In this document: piece after piece, positions 8,224 to 18,640 of the stretch | How positions within the stretch are numbered: the stretch's first letter is position 1 | Layout of the letters: each line of letters opens with the position of its first letter | Sequence record: PX880099.1 | From: a phage | Strand: one strand, 5' to 3' | DNA length: 64,000 bases | The notes under the pieces: generated by a model | The model's database searches: none | Told to the model about the DNA's origin: nothing | The model's input: only the letters and a program-made list of their open reading frames with translations | Position numbers and translations under genes: made by a program

Positions 8224-10815
8224 CTAGTGACAGGACGCCCAGGAGTTACCCACATCATATCCGGCAGTAAGCTGAACGTTAAGATTGTAAAATTCTCCAG
8301 CCTTAGTAACAGCTAAAGCAGCAAGTTCACCTGCCCGACTATAGGCTGTAAACCATCCACCTTTGGGAGATTCATGAATGTTAGCCCAAATTTGCCCTGT
8401 CTCTTTTTCCTTATTATGCTTCCATTCTTCGACTTTAGCAAGGCATTCTTTATCAATTTTCTTTTGTTCTTCAGGATCGTCTACTTTTTTCCAACCTAAT
8501 GATTCGGGTGAAAACCATTTAAATTCTACAAGGTTACGAGAAACTTCAAGCTGGGCTTCATCGTGATATGCAATCATTTGTTGTACGAAGTCTTTATTCT
8601 TCCAGTCATCTTTAAAGAAGTCAACACTTAGTCCTTCTTCTTCGATCATATCATCATAAATAACCATTGCACGTTTAGCACAGATAACCCCACCGCTTTG
8701 GAACAGAGAGTTAAGAATCGCATGAGCAGAACGAGTAGGAACCTTACGACCGTCAATACCCAAAACATATTGTTTACCAGTCTTAACCCAGAAATCGTTT
8801 AAACGTTCTTTAAGACGCGCCAATGGGAATGCAGCTTCCCAGAAAGCATCGAACACCAATTGACCTGTAAACTTATCGCTACCAATTGTTTTAGCAACCT
8901 TGTCGGCTTGTGCACCATAGGTAATACCATACTTAACAGATTTAGCAGGACTACGTTCAAATTTACGTCCAATAGTTTCAGTGATACGTTTTGCCATCAT
9001 TGTGTGAACATCATTAGGTTTCTCTAACAACAGAGCGTTACAATATTCGTGTGGCTCCGGCTCGTATCGCCAACAGTAGTGTGATTCAATTTTTGCTTCC
9101 AAAGAGTCGAAGTCGTAGCCAATCTGGAAGTATTTAGGAACCTCTACACCAAACAAGTTACGCATCTCCCATCCAAACAAAGATGTGACACGAGGAATAT
9201 TAGCTACAGACCTATGCTTCATACGAGAGGTTGCAGCATCACATGTAGCGGCTGGTGTAGGAATACGCCCATCCGCCCTTACTGCGGCTAAGAAACCTTT
9301 ATCATATTCTTGGTCTTCTTCATCTTCTTCCCAATCAGCACCACCACCTAAAATAGAGTTCCTACGATGCTTATACGTTAAGTATTCTACAATCTGTGTA
9401 GCATAAGGGAATTTCTCACCCAAAGCTTGCAGGTTAGGACAGATTTCTTTTTCCTGACCTTTGGTAAAACATGGGTTAGTCAATACTTTAAGACCGCGAC
9501 CTTTTGCTATACGCTCTTGAATCTTCCTTTCCAAGGTTTCCGGTGTGCACTCCAGATGATCACAACGGTCCTGACAAAAATTAGAAGATAAAGTTTGCTC
9601 AACGTAAGCTCGAATACCTTTCTGAAGTTCTTCCTCGCTCTTTTTAATCTTGGTGCCAGATTTAAGAGTCAAATCTTTATCTTTATATTCCGATGGTACC
9701 CAACCTAATCCTACAAGCCAGTTTTTAATATGGGTTGTATCGTTTAATGTTGCAGGGATGTGAGGATCACATAAAGGCTCATCTGCTGCAACTGGCAGTT
9801 TCCACTCTTTCCCCAACATAACTAACCACCAATCTCCATCCCTCTCTTCCAAATGACCATCATGTTTCTTAGCAAAATTGATCATATGGTTAGTTGGTTC
9901 TAAGTTCTTTTTAATTTGCAACTTAGGTGGAATAAAAGCTTTAAGATAACCTTTTGTTGCTGGTTTAGGTGGCAAAATAGGCTCAACGAGTAAACGAAGA
10001 CGCTCCATTTCTGCATCCAAAAAAGCAAGGTTCTCTTCTGCTTGCTTCATGTTAAAAGCAAACCCACGGTGTTCCTGGCGCGTGATAATGTCTGCTACAC
10101 GTTGTTCAAGTTCAAATGGACCTTCCCATTTATCATAATCACCCCATTCTTCCATGAGGTAATTATATACACTTGTGTTGGCTTTGTTATCATAGATACA
10201 GTAATAAAGCATATCCGCAGCAAAAGTCTTAAATCGATCTTCTTCTGGAATCTCTTTACGGAAATCTATTTTTACATCACCGCCTGCTTTTCGAGAAAGT
10301 GCTGCCAAGCTATGTCCTGATTTGCCCTCAATCTTTCGATCTGGGTTTAACACTTTACTCAAAATCAAAGAGTCAATAAGTTTTACCTTATTTTTGCCCC
10401 ACGTGTTATATTTAACACTGTAATCTAATCCATAAAACAGTTTTGTAGCCAACCAGTCATAGTTGATACCGTTGTGTGCCACAGCCATTTCAACCAAATA
10501 TTCAGGCTTGTCTTTAAAATAACCTTCATGATTAATAAAGTCTGGGAAATCTTTTAATTGAAAATGTGTGTAATCTTGCGCCACATATTCTTTAAGAACA
10601 TACGTGTATTTACCATCTGATTCTTCATAAGGACGCCCGTCAAAAATATACTTAGGGCCATCGTGGAAAGCTACTATCTCTCCTGTTTCATGGTTCTCTA
10701 AGACAATACAGTGCATTTGAAATGTGTCTTTGAGACGATAAGGGCTAGCTAAATAATCGATAGTGTCATTATTCAACAATCCGTTTGCTTCAATATCCCA
10801 TGTAAACTTACTCAC
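8224..10815 (-). CDS. DNA polymerase, family A (PolI/T7-like) with 3'-5' exonuclease domain
   Basis: 863 aa; N-terminal WDIEANGL exo-like motif; GYDFDSLEAKI (motif A-like); KSVKYGITYG (motif B); YHDE (motif C). Confidence 0.9.
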   Translation of the reverse strand: MSKFTWDIEANGLLNNDTIDYLASPYRLKDTFQMHCIVLENHETGEIVAFHDGPKYIFDGRPYEESDGKYTYVLKEYVAQDYTHFQLKDFPDFINHEGYFKDKPEYLVEMAVAHNGINYDWLATKLFYGLDYSVKYNTWGKNKVKLIDSLILSKVLNPDRKIEGKSGHSLAALSRKAGGDVKIDFRKEIPEEDRFKTFAADMLYYCIYDNKANTSVYNYLMEEWGDYDKWEGPFELEQRVADIITRQEHRGFAFNMKQAEENLAFLDAEMERLRLLVEPILPPKPATKGYLKAFIPPKLQIKKNLEPTNHMINFAKKHDGHLEERDGDWWLVMLGKEWKLPVAADEPLCDPHIPATLNDTTHIKNWLVGLGWVPSEYKDKDLTLKSGTKIKKSEEELQKGIRAYVEQTLSSNFCQDRCDHLECTPETLERKIQERIAKGRGLKVLTNPCFTKGQEKEICPNLQALGEKFPYATQIVEYLTYKHRRNSILGGGADWEEDEEDQEYDKGFLAAVRADGRIPTPAATCDAATSRMKHRSVANIPRVTSLFGWEMRNLFGVEVPKYFQIGYDFDSLEAKIESHYCWRYEPEPHEYCNALLLEKPNDVHTMMAKRITETIGRKFERSPAKSVKYGITYGAQADKVAKTIGSDKFTGQLVFDAFWEAAFPLARLKERLNDFWVKTGKQYVLGIDGRKVPTRSAHAILNSLFQSGGVICAKRAMVIYDDMIEEEGLSVDFFKDDWKNKDFVQQMIAYHDEAQLEVSRNLVEFKWFSPESLGWKKVDDPEEQKKIDKECLAKVEEWKHNKEKETGQIWANIHESPKGGWFTAYSRAGELAALAVTKAGEFYNLNVQLTAGYDVGNSWASCH

Positions 10816-11609
10816 TATTCCTCCTTTCTAATGTTCTCCAGAACCCACTGAAGTTCTTTTAAACTTAAACTTCTTACTCCCGCAGTTTTACTAGCTTCGG
10901 CTTTAAGTAACGGGTAAGCCTCAATGATACGCGTTTTAAGATCAGAAGTCAAGGCTTTTAAAAAATAGGTAGATGCTTCAGATAAAGAATCTTCTTCTGA
11001 TAACACTTTACCTGCACTTGCTCCCGCTCTCCTAACAGCTATGTCGTAGTCTTTACTGTTGCCTAATACGAATAGTCGATTTTCTCCTAAAACAACGGGA
11101 GAACGCTTCTCGTTGCGTTTAATCCATACCTGGAATACACAAGGAACATCCCAAGGTTCTCCATGAAGAATAAAAGATCCTTTTGGACATTCTTCTTCGT
11201 AAAGAAGATGCATGTGGGGATTTAGTTTGTGTGCAAAAAAGATTTTTTGAAATGTGCGAGGCAAGATAAAACAAATACCACCTTCGTTATCCAACATTTC
11301 AGCACAATGGTTAAAGAATTTAATGGCAAGACTAGCATTTTTTCCAAACGGAGGATTACCGACAAAAGCAGTTACACTGCCAACAGACTCAACAGATTGA
11401 GCTAAAAAATCTGCCTCAATACAATCTTCAAACTTAGGGTCAATATCAAAAGAAGTTATGTTTTTAAAACAAGAAGAGAAAGCTCCTTCTCCCGCAGATG
11501 GTTCTACGTAGTTAGCTTCCTCTCCAAAAATTTCTTTGATCTTATCACATAAGAACCCCGCATAAGCGGGGTTAGTGTAATATTGATCAAGTGTATTCAA
11601 CTTGCTCAA
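10815..11609 (-). CDS. N6-adenine DNA methyltransferase
   Basis: SAM-binding-like VEPSAGEGAF followed by catalytic NPPF; stop overlaps polymerase start by 1 nt. Confidence 0.7.
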   Translation of the reverse strand: MSKLNTLDQYYTNPAYAGFLCDKIKEIFGEEANYVEPSAGEGAFSSCFKNITSFDIDPKFEDCIEADFLAQSVESVGSVTAFVGNPPFGKNASLAIKFFNHCAEMLDNEGGICFILPRTFQKIFFAHKLNPHMHLLYEEECPKGSFILHGEPWDVPCVFQVWIKRNEKRSPVVLGENRLFVLGNSKDYDIAVRRAGASAGKVLSEEDSLSEASTYFLKALTSDLKTRIIEAYPLLKAEASKTAGVRSLSLKELQWVLENIRKEE

Positions 11610-11618
11610 TAGTCCTCC

Positions 11619-12050
11619 TTAGTTGTTAGCGAACTCAATAGTGAGGTCAACTTTACCATCGTCAGAAATAACCATGTTTTTGGTATTTTTAAAGATGATA
11701 TCTACTTTACCTTCACTTACACGACAGAATGCAACACCATCTGCAACTTTATCAATATAATATTTGTAAGAAAGAATACCCACTTTACTACGACCAGCAC
11801 CTTTTGTGAAAGAAGGGCTTACATCGAAACGGAAACCTTTAGAAGAAACAACACGGTAAGAACGTCCAGTTGGGATATGCTCAATAACAGAGACATTGTT
11901 CTCAACAACTTTTACAGCAAACTCTTCAGGATGATCCTCAACAATCATGTGTGGGATGGCAAATGCCAACGCTTGTTTGTGTTTAATAACACCAGCACCC
12001 AGAGCACCAGCAGCTTTAACTTTTGCATTCAGATCGATTGTCATACGCAT
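11619..12050 (-). CDS. hypothetical protein
   Basis: 143 aa ORF in replication operon; no family recognised. Confidence 0.5.
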   Translation of the reverse strand: MRMTIDLNAKVKAAGALGAGVIKHKQALAFAIPHMIVEDHPEEFAVKVVENNVSVIEHIPTGRSYRVVSSKGFRFDVSPSFTKGAGRSKVGILSYKYYIDKVADGVAFCRVSEGKVDIIFKNTKNMVISDDGKVDLTIEFANN

Positions 12051-12111
12051 TTTTACTTCTCCTCTTGTTTGGTTGATGAGACAAGTATAAGTCCCTTCCG
12101 CAAAGTTGTCA

Positions 12112-12146
12112 ACAGGTATTTTTAATAAAAGGGCCGAAGCCCTTAG
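12112..12146 (-). terminator. rho-independent terminator
   Basis: AAGGGC-cgaa-GCCCTT hairpin overlapping the helicase stop, followed on - strand by TTTTATTAAAAA. Confidence 0.55.
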
Positions 12147-13921
12147 TAGTTGCTATCCGTAGGTAAGTTAGCAGGGTTGTTAAAATACTGCTCTTTGTCG
12201 TGAAGAGTTGCAGTTCTAATGTCATAGTAAAACTGCCCTGCTGGACCAGTCTCCGAGAACTCACGGTTTTTTAGGATAAAGCAATGAGTTGTATTACGTT
12301 CTACAGGATCTTCAGCAGCCTTATCTCGTTCCAAAGCCAAGGTAATACCAGCACCTTTAGCCAAGAAACTACTACCCATTGCATCGTCCTCTGTTAAGTG
12401 CTCATTGCCACCGTTAGCTGACTTCTTAACGTGTGAGATGACGATAATAGTTATAGCATACTCTTTCATGATTCGCTTCAACCATGTTGCTAACTCTTCC
12501 TGGGCTTGAACATCCATACCAGAAAGCAAATCAGAATAAGGGTCGATAACAAGAATTGTTACTCCAAAATAGATGATCATCTCCAAAACTTTTTCTTTGA
12601 TAGACTCCACATCTGCTCCACGATCATCACACACGTAAAAACGTGGTGATCCATCTTCTCTTTCGTAAAAATCTAGGATTTTTTCTTTATTCTCTTCCAA
12701 GATTTGAAATTTCTCTTCCGGTGTTTTCCTGTGTAGAGGAATGTGTAGGAAAGAGGATAACAGGTTACGAGAATACTTTTTATAAGTCGCTTCCAAGGAC
12801 AGAATACCTAGGGTATGTTCTGGGTGTGCAACAATAATATGTTTGGTGATCTCGTTCACCATCAAAGTTTTACCGATACTGGTCTTTGCCAGGATGACTG
12901 TAATCTCTTCCTCTACTAAACCACCACCCAACATGTTTGCAGCAACACGCATAAAAGGAGGCAAGGTAATCATCTTGGATTCCAAGCATTCCAATGCAGC
13001 TTCATACAAGACATTAGAAGCATAAACACCTGCGGGAGTGTATAGACGAGCACTCCAAAAAGCTTTTACGAAATCCTTTGCACGACCTTCTTCCAGATAC
13101 TGATTGGCATCCTTAAGATCCATCTGCATACGGTAGACTTTGTTACGAGGTAACACCTTAACAATATTTTCAAATGCCTCATTACCTGCTTTGTCGTTAT
13201 CCATGCAAACAATAATCTTCTTAAATTTTTCAAAGAAAGGATATTGTGCCTGAACTTGTTTATACATACTGGTTTCACCAGTTGTGCCACTTACTACGGC
13301 TGGAAGCTCATATTTACTGTCCAAGTTTTCAGATAGCATTTGATAAGCTGCCAGAGCATCGTGTTCACCACCTGTAATTACAACAGTATGAGAACGATCT
13401 GCAAAACGAATTTGTCCAAAAAGATCTACATCTTTACCTACTTGACCAATAGGTTTACTGAAATCTTTAGGATGAATACGACGCTTAAAACCGACCAATT
13501 CTTTACCGATGGTAGTTGGATATAAACAACTTTCTACTACCATCTGATCCCCTTCCTGACGGTATTCATAACGAACACCATAGAAAGATGAAACTTTTTC
13601 TTTAATGCCTCGATAACCACGTGGGTTGGTTGATGTTTCTTGAACAATTTTACGATGAATCTGTTTATTAAATTCCGAACCCACAATCTCCTCCTCTTCT
13701 TCTAAAACTTCACCATTTTCTCGTAACCATTCTACGCTAGGAATAGTGTATTCACACGCAAAGCACTTAGCACCTTTATGCTCTCCATTAGAATCTAATC
13801 CGTAAACCATCAGGTTATTACGAGAGCGATCCTTGCCATTTTTCATGCAGCGCGGACAACCTGTATGTCCTTCCTTGCTAAGATCAACATCAAATCCATA
13901 TTTAGTTATAATGTGCGACAC
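12143..13921 (-). CDS. bifunctional primase-helicase (T7 gp4-like: zinc finger, TOPRIM, DnaB-type helicase)
   Basis: N-terminal CPRC..CFAC zinc-binding motif; C-terminal Walker A AKTSIGKT and Walker B-like VLVIDPYSD. Confidence 0.85.
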   Translation of the reverse strand: MSHIITKYGFDVDLSKEGHTGCPRCMKNGKDRSRNNLMVYGLDSNGEHKGAKCFACEYTIPSVEWLRENGEVLEEEEEIVGSEFNKQIHRKIVQETSTNPRGYRGIKEKVSSFYGVRYEYRQEGDQMVVESCLYPTTIGKELVGFKRRIHPKDFSKPIGQVGKDVDLFGQIRFADRSHTVVITGGEHDALAAYQMLSENLDSKYELPAVVSGTTGETSMYKQVQAQYPFFEKFKKIIVCMDNDKAGNEAFENIVKVLPRNKVYRMQMDLKDANQYLEEGRAKDFVKAFWSARLYTPAGVYASNVLYEAALECLESKMITLPPFMRVAANMLGGGLVEEEITVILAKTSIGKTLMVNEITKHIIVAHPEHTLGILSLEATYKKYSRNLLSSFLHIPLHRKTPEEKFQILEENKEKILDFYEREDGSPRFYVCDDRGADVESIKEKVLEMIIYFGVTILVIDPYSDLLSGMDVQAQEELATWLKRIMKEYAITIIVISHVKKSANGGNEHLTEDDAMGSSFLAKGAGITLALERDKAAEDPVERNTTHCFILKNREFSETGPAGQFYYDIRTATLHDKEQYFNNPANLPTDSNY

Positions 13922-13933
13922 TTTGTTCTCCTG

Positions 13934-14212
13934 TTAAAATGGTTCGTTAGTCTCCATCATATATTCTGCTTCTAGTTCTTCCATGTGCTTTCTAAATTGG
14001 AAAGCAATTTCTGCTACAGTTACATTTAAATCTTTTTCAAAAACTTCTGTAGATCCTTCATAAAAACGAATACCGTCAATTAAAAGCCCTCCGTGGTAAT
14101 CCCAATCGCTTTCACGAGAAAGTGGATTAGGTTCTTCATAATAGTAATCCACCTCCACGACCAAGGCTTTCCCGTTACGAGTGGTGTATTCAAAATCAAA
14201 AGTGTTAATCAT
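13934..14212 (-). CDS. hypothetical protein
   Basis: 92 aa; ATGA-type overlap with downstream gene. Confidence 0.5.
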   Translation of the reverse strand: MINTFDFEYTTRNGKALVVEVDYYYEEPNPLSRESDWDYHGGLLIDGIRFYEGSTEVFEKDLNVTVAEIAFQFRKHMEELEAEYMMETNEPF

Positions 14213-15156
14213 TATAGCTCCTCAAATAAAAGTCTACGACGCTCATTCAACACATCAATGTGATAATGAGTCCTGACATACTTAGCTAATGCTAATCCTT
14301 TCTCCATGCAAACATCGGGAGCACTTAATAAGTATTCCGTAATATCTTTCCACTCGGAAGGTGTTTCAGCAAAGAATAACAAATCTTTAAACTCTTGTGT
14401 ATGATAATTCTCACGAGGAGAGCAGATTAAAGGTAAACCCTTAGCACCCGCCTCAAGAATTTTAAGATTGCTTTTTGCATTATTAAACACGTTATCGATC
14501 AATGGTGCAAGACTGATTTGATGACCATCGTAAGATTCCATGTAGTTGGCATATGGTCTTACACCTTCATAAACACAAGTTGGTGCTACATTTTCTCTGA
14601 TTAAAGACCATTCACGACTACTTAAAACTTCAGAATCCCTACGAAAACCACATATTGTAAGATCTTTACCAAAATCGGGCAAGATAGCCAAATCTTGTTT
14701 ATGTGTTTCACTTCCAGCCCAGACTAATGGAGTTTTGGAGTAGCGATCACGGGTCAACACAAATTGACCTTCATCGTAAGGAAGTCCATTAGGGATTATG
14801 TGCACATTATCATTGTATTGTGAAAGTTCAACTTGCAAGGCAGGTGTCGTAGTTGTAACAAGATCACTGTGCTCTAAAAACCATTTTAAATGTTCACGAA
14901 TACCTGATTCAAAAATACCTTCTAACATGTGTCCTTTTGGAATAACTAAAGAGTCATCCAAATCCATAACCATTTTAAAGCCTAGGTTTTTAAGGGCTAA
15001 AAAGCCCTCTTTACCTTTTGTTGGCACTCCGTTAAAAACGAAAACGTTGTGTTTAGGTTGTGAAGAGAACTGCCTTGAGTAAGGCAGCACTACCCTATGG
15101 AAATCGCAGACACTATAATTGATTCCGTTACGATTGTCAAGAATTATTTGTCCCAT
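14212..15156 (-). CDS. putative glycosyltransferase, GT-B (family 1-like), paralog A
   Basis: C-terminal ILEAGAKGLPLICS..LLFFAETPSEW resembles GT1 C-terminal domain; paralogous to 15164-16111. Confidence 0.5.
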   Translation of the reverse strand: MGQIILDNRNGINYSVCDFHRVVLPYSRQFSSQPKHNVFVFNGVPTKGKEGFLALKNLGFKMVMDLDDSLVIPKGHMLEGIFESGIREHLKWFLEHSDLVTTTTPALQVELSQYNDNVHIIPNGLPYDEGQFVLTRDRYSKTPLVWAGSETHKQDLAILPDFGKDLTICGFRRDSEVLSSREWSLIRENVAPTCVYEGVRPYANYMESYDGHQISLAPLIDNVFNNAKSNLKILEAGAKGLPLICSPRENYHTQEFKDLLFFAETPSEWKDITEYLLSAPDVCMEKGLALAKYVRTHYHIDVLNERRRLLFEEL

Positions 15157-15163
15157 ACTTCAC

Positions 15164-16111
15164 CTACAAACTTTCAATAACCTGGCGTCGCAATTCGTTT
15201 GCATCTGCCAGATTATAATGTGTTCGAACATGTTCCGCTAAGAACAAGCCGCGATCTTCCCGATAGTTCGGATTACGAAGAAGCTTAACAATTTCGTAAT
15301 GCCATTCTGCTTTATTCTCTGCGTAAGCAACAGCGCGAGCATCTACAGGGTTAAAATAAGGTAATACCTTAGAACAAACAATCGGAATACCTTTTGCCCC
15401 AGCTTCAAGGATTTTGAGATTACTTTTACAATTATTAAAATCATTATCTACCAAAGGAGCTATAGCAATAGCATGACTTTCGTAAACACTCATGTAGTTA
15501 TCTAAATCTTTTACAGCAGCTTTATATTTGGCATTTGGTAAATTTCTACGGATCTTAATCCACTCTTGCCCTGTGATACTCTGCGAAGCTTCATACCCCG
15601 CAATAGTAAGAAGTTCATCATCAAAAGTATTAGAGACTAGTCGTAAATCGGGTTCGTGACTAGCACCGCCAGCCCATACAACAGGGGCACCGGATGAACG
15701 ATCATTTGACAAAGTGAATTGTCCGCTATCAAAAGGAAGTGCATTTCGGATCACAACAACATTCCTATTTAAGTGACGGATCTTATATGCCAAATATTCC
15801 GTAGTCACAATGACCACATCGGCAAGCTTAACCATAGCTACAATAGCATGAGTGTTTGACTCATATAAACTTGCTAAATAATGTTCTGGATTAAGTTGGT
15901 AGAAATCATCTAAATCTACAACAATCTTAACACCTTGACGTTTCAGGGACAGAACATATTCTGCCCCTTTAGAATGAATACGGTTAAACACGACAACATC
16001 TTTCTTAGGCTGAAAATTATTGTTGTTAAATGGTATAACAATACGATGATAATCACAACCACTGTGAGGTTTTGCATCAATTTTCAGTTTAGTCCATTTT
16101 TTATTTGACAT
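15164..16111 (-). CDS. putative glycosyltransferase, GT-B (family 1-like), paralog B
   Basis: Start moved to ATG with SD GAGGAGG (MSNKKW); C-terminus ILEAGAKGIPIVCS..VAYAENKAEW parallels neighbour. Confidence 0.5.
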   Translation of the reverse strand: MSNKKWTKLKIDAKPHSGCDYHRIVIPFNNNNFQPKKDVVVFNRIHSKGAEYVLSLKRQGVKIVVDLDDFYQLNPEHYLASLYESNTHAIVAMVKLADVVIVTTEYLAYKIRHLNRNVVVIRNALPFDSGQFTLSNDRSSGAPVVWAGGASHEPDLRLVSNTFDDELLTIAGYEASQSITGQEWIKIRRNLPNAKYKAAVKDLDNYMSVYESHAIAIAPLVDNDFNNCKSNLKILEAGAKGIPIVCSKVLPYFNPVDARAVAYAENKAEWHYEIVKLLRNPNYREDRGLFLAEHVRTHYNLADANELRRQVIESL

Positions 16112-16784
16112 GTGCCAGTGCCTCCTCATAAGAAATTCGGATTTTCCCATTTTTAATATCTTCTAAAGACGCTTTATATTCTTCCCAGTTAATGCCAATA
16201 GCAGCTTCTTTCTCTTCTTTTGTCAGATTAGCAAAAGGCATAGGATTATTTCCAAAAACATCGTCTGGGTGGATATAAGCCATGATACGAAGTGGACAAG
16301 GTATTGCCTGAATACCCTGATTCAAACCAGCAGCTTTCAAACGGTGTACCCATTCAGCATCTTCAAAACCATAGCCGTGAGTGTAAGGGCGGAAATAACC
16401 CATCTTCTCAACAACGGCACGAGAATACATTGCAAATTGACACATTGCAAGTTCCCAGAGAATAACTTCTCCTTTACTCCCAACAACTTTATCTTTGAAA
16501 TACTCCGGCATACCAAAGAAATCCCATCCTCCAGAGACAGCTTGATCTACAAAATATGTTTCCCATCCCTCCATGATTGGGTAGCAATCGTCGTCAAAAA
16601 TAAACCAATAATCATAACCTTCTTCATAAAACTGGTGCATAAGTTCATTCCTGGCATAAGCTACACCTTTACGATCTGGATCGTTGAATACTCGAAAATC
16701 TGCGTGTGGATCTGTTACAAGGTAGTCTTTAAGTGGACGGACACCTACAGTGATAACACCCACTCCGATTTTAATATTTTCCAT
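16101..16784 (-). CDS. putative glycosyltransferase, GT-A-like (DxD motif)
   Basis: FIFDDDCYP acidic motif after a hydrophobic strand. Confidence 0.45.
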   Translation of the reverse strand: MENIKIGVGVITVGVRPLKDYLVTDPHADFRVFNDPDRKGVAYARNELMHQFYEEGYDYWFIFDDDCYPIMEGWETYFVDQAVSGGWDFFGMPEYFKDKVVGSKGEVILWELAMCQFAMYSRAVVEKMGYFRPYTHGYGFEDAEWVHRLKAAGLNQGIQAIPCPLRIMAYIHPDDVFGNNPMPFANLTKEEKEAAIGINWEEYKASLEDIKNGKIRISYEEALAHVK

Positions 16785-16792
16785 TTTCTCTC

Positions 16793-17356
16793 CTAAATAG
16801 TTTTACTGTGATCGTGACAGTGTAATAAATGATGTATAGACCGTTGAGGATTTGTTTGACCTAATCTGTAAATGTGAAACAGATACATTCCCCGCATCAA
16901 TCCTAACCTCTTTCCTTTTTCATGTAAAGTGCGAGAGAAAATTAAGTCGAATTGGATAGATTTTTCTTCGAAAGGAATTTCATTCCACAATGATTTTCTA
17001 AAAAGCAAAAAGAAACCTGCTAGAGGTGTTCCGAAAGGAACTTCTTCAACACTCACTTTATGATAGTCTCTTGCAACCTTAGCATATTCTATATGGTTTA
17101 GAATATCTGGATCATCGTTAATTTGGTTAGAGAAAAGCTGATAACCACTACCTAACCTGTTACAAGTTGCACCTATTACATCAAAAGGTGGGTTTGACAT
17201 AACAAGCTCTTCAAGCATAGATGGTTGATCAGGCAGGAGGAACATCGTATCGGTATCTCTTAAACACACCCAACTATCATCTGGAAGAACGGCAATAGCT
17301 TCATTGATAGCCTTGCCGATATTTCCTGTCAGATAGGGAGTAATATAATAAATCAT
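16793..17356 (-). CDS. putative glycosyltransferase-like protein
   Basis: VCLRDTDTMF DxD-like motif; adjacent to three other glycosyltransferase candidates. Confidence 0.4.
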   Translation of the reverse strand: MIYYITPYLTGNIGKAINEAIAVLPDDSWVCLRDTDTMFLLPDQPSMLEELVMSNPPFDVIGATCNRLGSGYQLFSNQINDDPDILNHIEYAKVARDYHKVSVEEVPFGTPLAGFFLLFRKSLWNEIPFEEKSIQFDLIFSRTLHEKGKRLGLMRGMYLFHIYRLGQTNPQRSIHHLLHCHDHSKTI

Positions 17357-17372
17357 TCTCCCCTCCGTTATA

Positions 17373-17564
17373 TTAACTGTCAGCTACAATCCCACGTTTA
17401 ATCATTTCTTGTTGGATTTGGATGACACGATCTCGTGCTTCCATATATTCTTTAAAAGATTCTTGGAGATGGTCACGAGCTACATCCCGTAGTTTAATCA
17501 GTTTGTCGTTTGTCACTTCTTGAAGAGAGATCTCGCCAGTTTCATTGGTCCCAAGCGTTTTCAT
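17373..17564 (-). CDS. hypothetical small protein
   Basis: 63 aa, charged, coiled-coil-like. Confidence 0.45.
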   Translation of the reverse strand: MKTLGTNETGEISLQEVTNDKLIKLRDVARDHLQESFKEYMEARDRVIQIQQEMIKRGIVADS

Positions 17565-17772
17565 TTACAACCTCCTTAATAGCTACTGCACAGTTCTTAC
17601 AAATACATTGACCTTTGTTCTTAGAAATTTCAATGTAAGGTTCATTTTCGTTTTCTCCGCGTCGTGAATCGTATATTACAGTATTGAAGCAGACAACGCA
17701 AATGTTTTTAATAACGACATATTTTTGCACTTTTTGTTTAGTGCGAAAATTGACTTCAATAACTTCTCCCAT
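17542..17772 (-). CDS. small zinc-ribbon-like protein
   Basis: Start set at ATG after SD GGGGAG (TGATG overlap); CVVC and CICKNC pairs. Confidence 0.45.
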   Translation of the reverse strand: MGEVIEVNFRTKQKVQKYVVIKNICVVCFNTVIYDSRRGENENEPYIEISKNKGQCICKNCAVAIKEVVNENAWDQ

Positions 17773-18056
17773 CAGTGAATCTCCCCTAAAATGTTGTTTT
17801 GAGACATTACTGCGGAGCATTCTACAGCATCATGAGTCCTTGCAAAACGCTCCCACAACACAGCATCTACTTTAAGAACCATACAAGGATAAATACTGTC
17901 GTTGATCATATCAATACTGTATTTATCTACATCCTTTTCATCTTCCATAAACAAAGTAGCGTATGCTTCCAAATGCTTACGGGTGTAGTATACGTCCTCT
18001 TCGGTAAGACCGACAACCAGGTAACTTGCTACAACAACAGTATTATCTTCTTGCAT
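17772..18056 (-). CDS. hypothetical protein
   Basis: Start set at ATG after SD GGGGAG (MQEDNTVV). Confidence 0.45.
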   Translation of the reverse strand: MQEDNTVVVASYLVVGLTEEDVYYTRKHLEAYATLFMEDEKDVDKYSIDMINDSIYPCMVLKVDAVLWERFARTHDAVECSAVMSQNNILGEIH

Positions 18057-18057
18057 T

Positions 18058-18579
18058 TTAACTCCCCTTTGGTAGATAGAAACCATGCACTTTATCTCGA
18101 TAAACAAGACGCATATCACGCTCCCAGTGTGTCTTTATATTCCGCTTCTTGAAGTATAGAGCACCTTTAGTAACATCTAAAACAGACCGCAATTCAGGAA
18201 AATGTTTCTCTAAATAAAGTAAACGCTCCGCTATTGCTTTTGCTTCCTGCCACTTATCTTTCTCTGTTACGTTAAAAGTTTTCGCATATGAGAATTGCCC
18301 TTTCTGGAACAAGACTCCTCTGACTGTGTTAGGAAAGTAGGCATCATTTCTTCTATTGATTACCACATTCCCAACGGCATTCATTCCTTTTTTACCCAGA
18401 CCGCGACCTTCTGCGTAAATTGCACAAGCTAATAGAATTTTATCATTATATTGCTTTGTACATTTGTGAACTACTTTAGCGGTTTTTACGTTTGCAGCTT
18501 CGGCTTTCGCCACAACAGGTGTAAATGTAAAAGCAGTTAAGGATAGTAACGCAACTGTTACAAAGTTTTTTATCAGCAA
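18058..18579 (-). CDS. secreted cell-wall hydrolase, SleB/CwlJ family (endolysin candidate)
   Basis: TTG start after SD AGGAGG; N-terminal signal peptide; AIYAEGRG..VINR core resembles the SleB hydrolase family. Confidence 0.65.
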   Translation of the reverse strand: MLIKNFVTVALLSLTAFTFTPVVAKAEAANVKTAKVVHKCTKQYNDKILLACAIYAEGRGLGKKGMNAVGNVVINRRNDAYFPNTVRGVLFQKGQFSYAKTFNVTEKDKWQEAKAIAERLLYLEKHFPELRSVLDVTKGALYFKKRNIKTHWERDMRLVYRDKVHGFYLPKGS

Positions 18580-18611
18580 ATTTTGCCTCCTTTTTAAGTT
18601 AACGAACTTCT

Positions 18612-18640
18612 AGTATAACACGATAGAGGCTTTATTGCAA
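18612..18640 (-). promoter_or_regulatory. sigma70-like promoter for the hydrolase operon
   Basis: On - strand TTGCAA-17 bp-TATACT about 30 nt upstream of the SD. Confidence 0.4.

Noticed and set aside
8224-10815. T4-type classification on the basis of PeSL-like cassettes
   Set aside because: The DNA polymerase has family A motifs rather than the family B polymerase of T4-type phages, and the primase-helicase is a single T7 gp4-like polypeptide.
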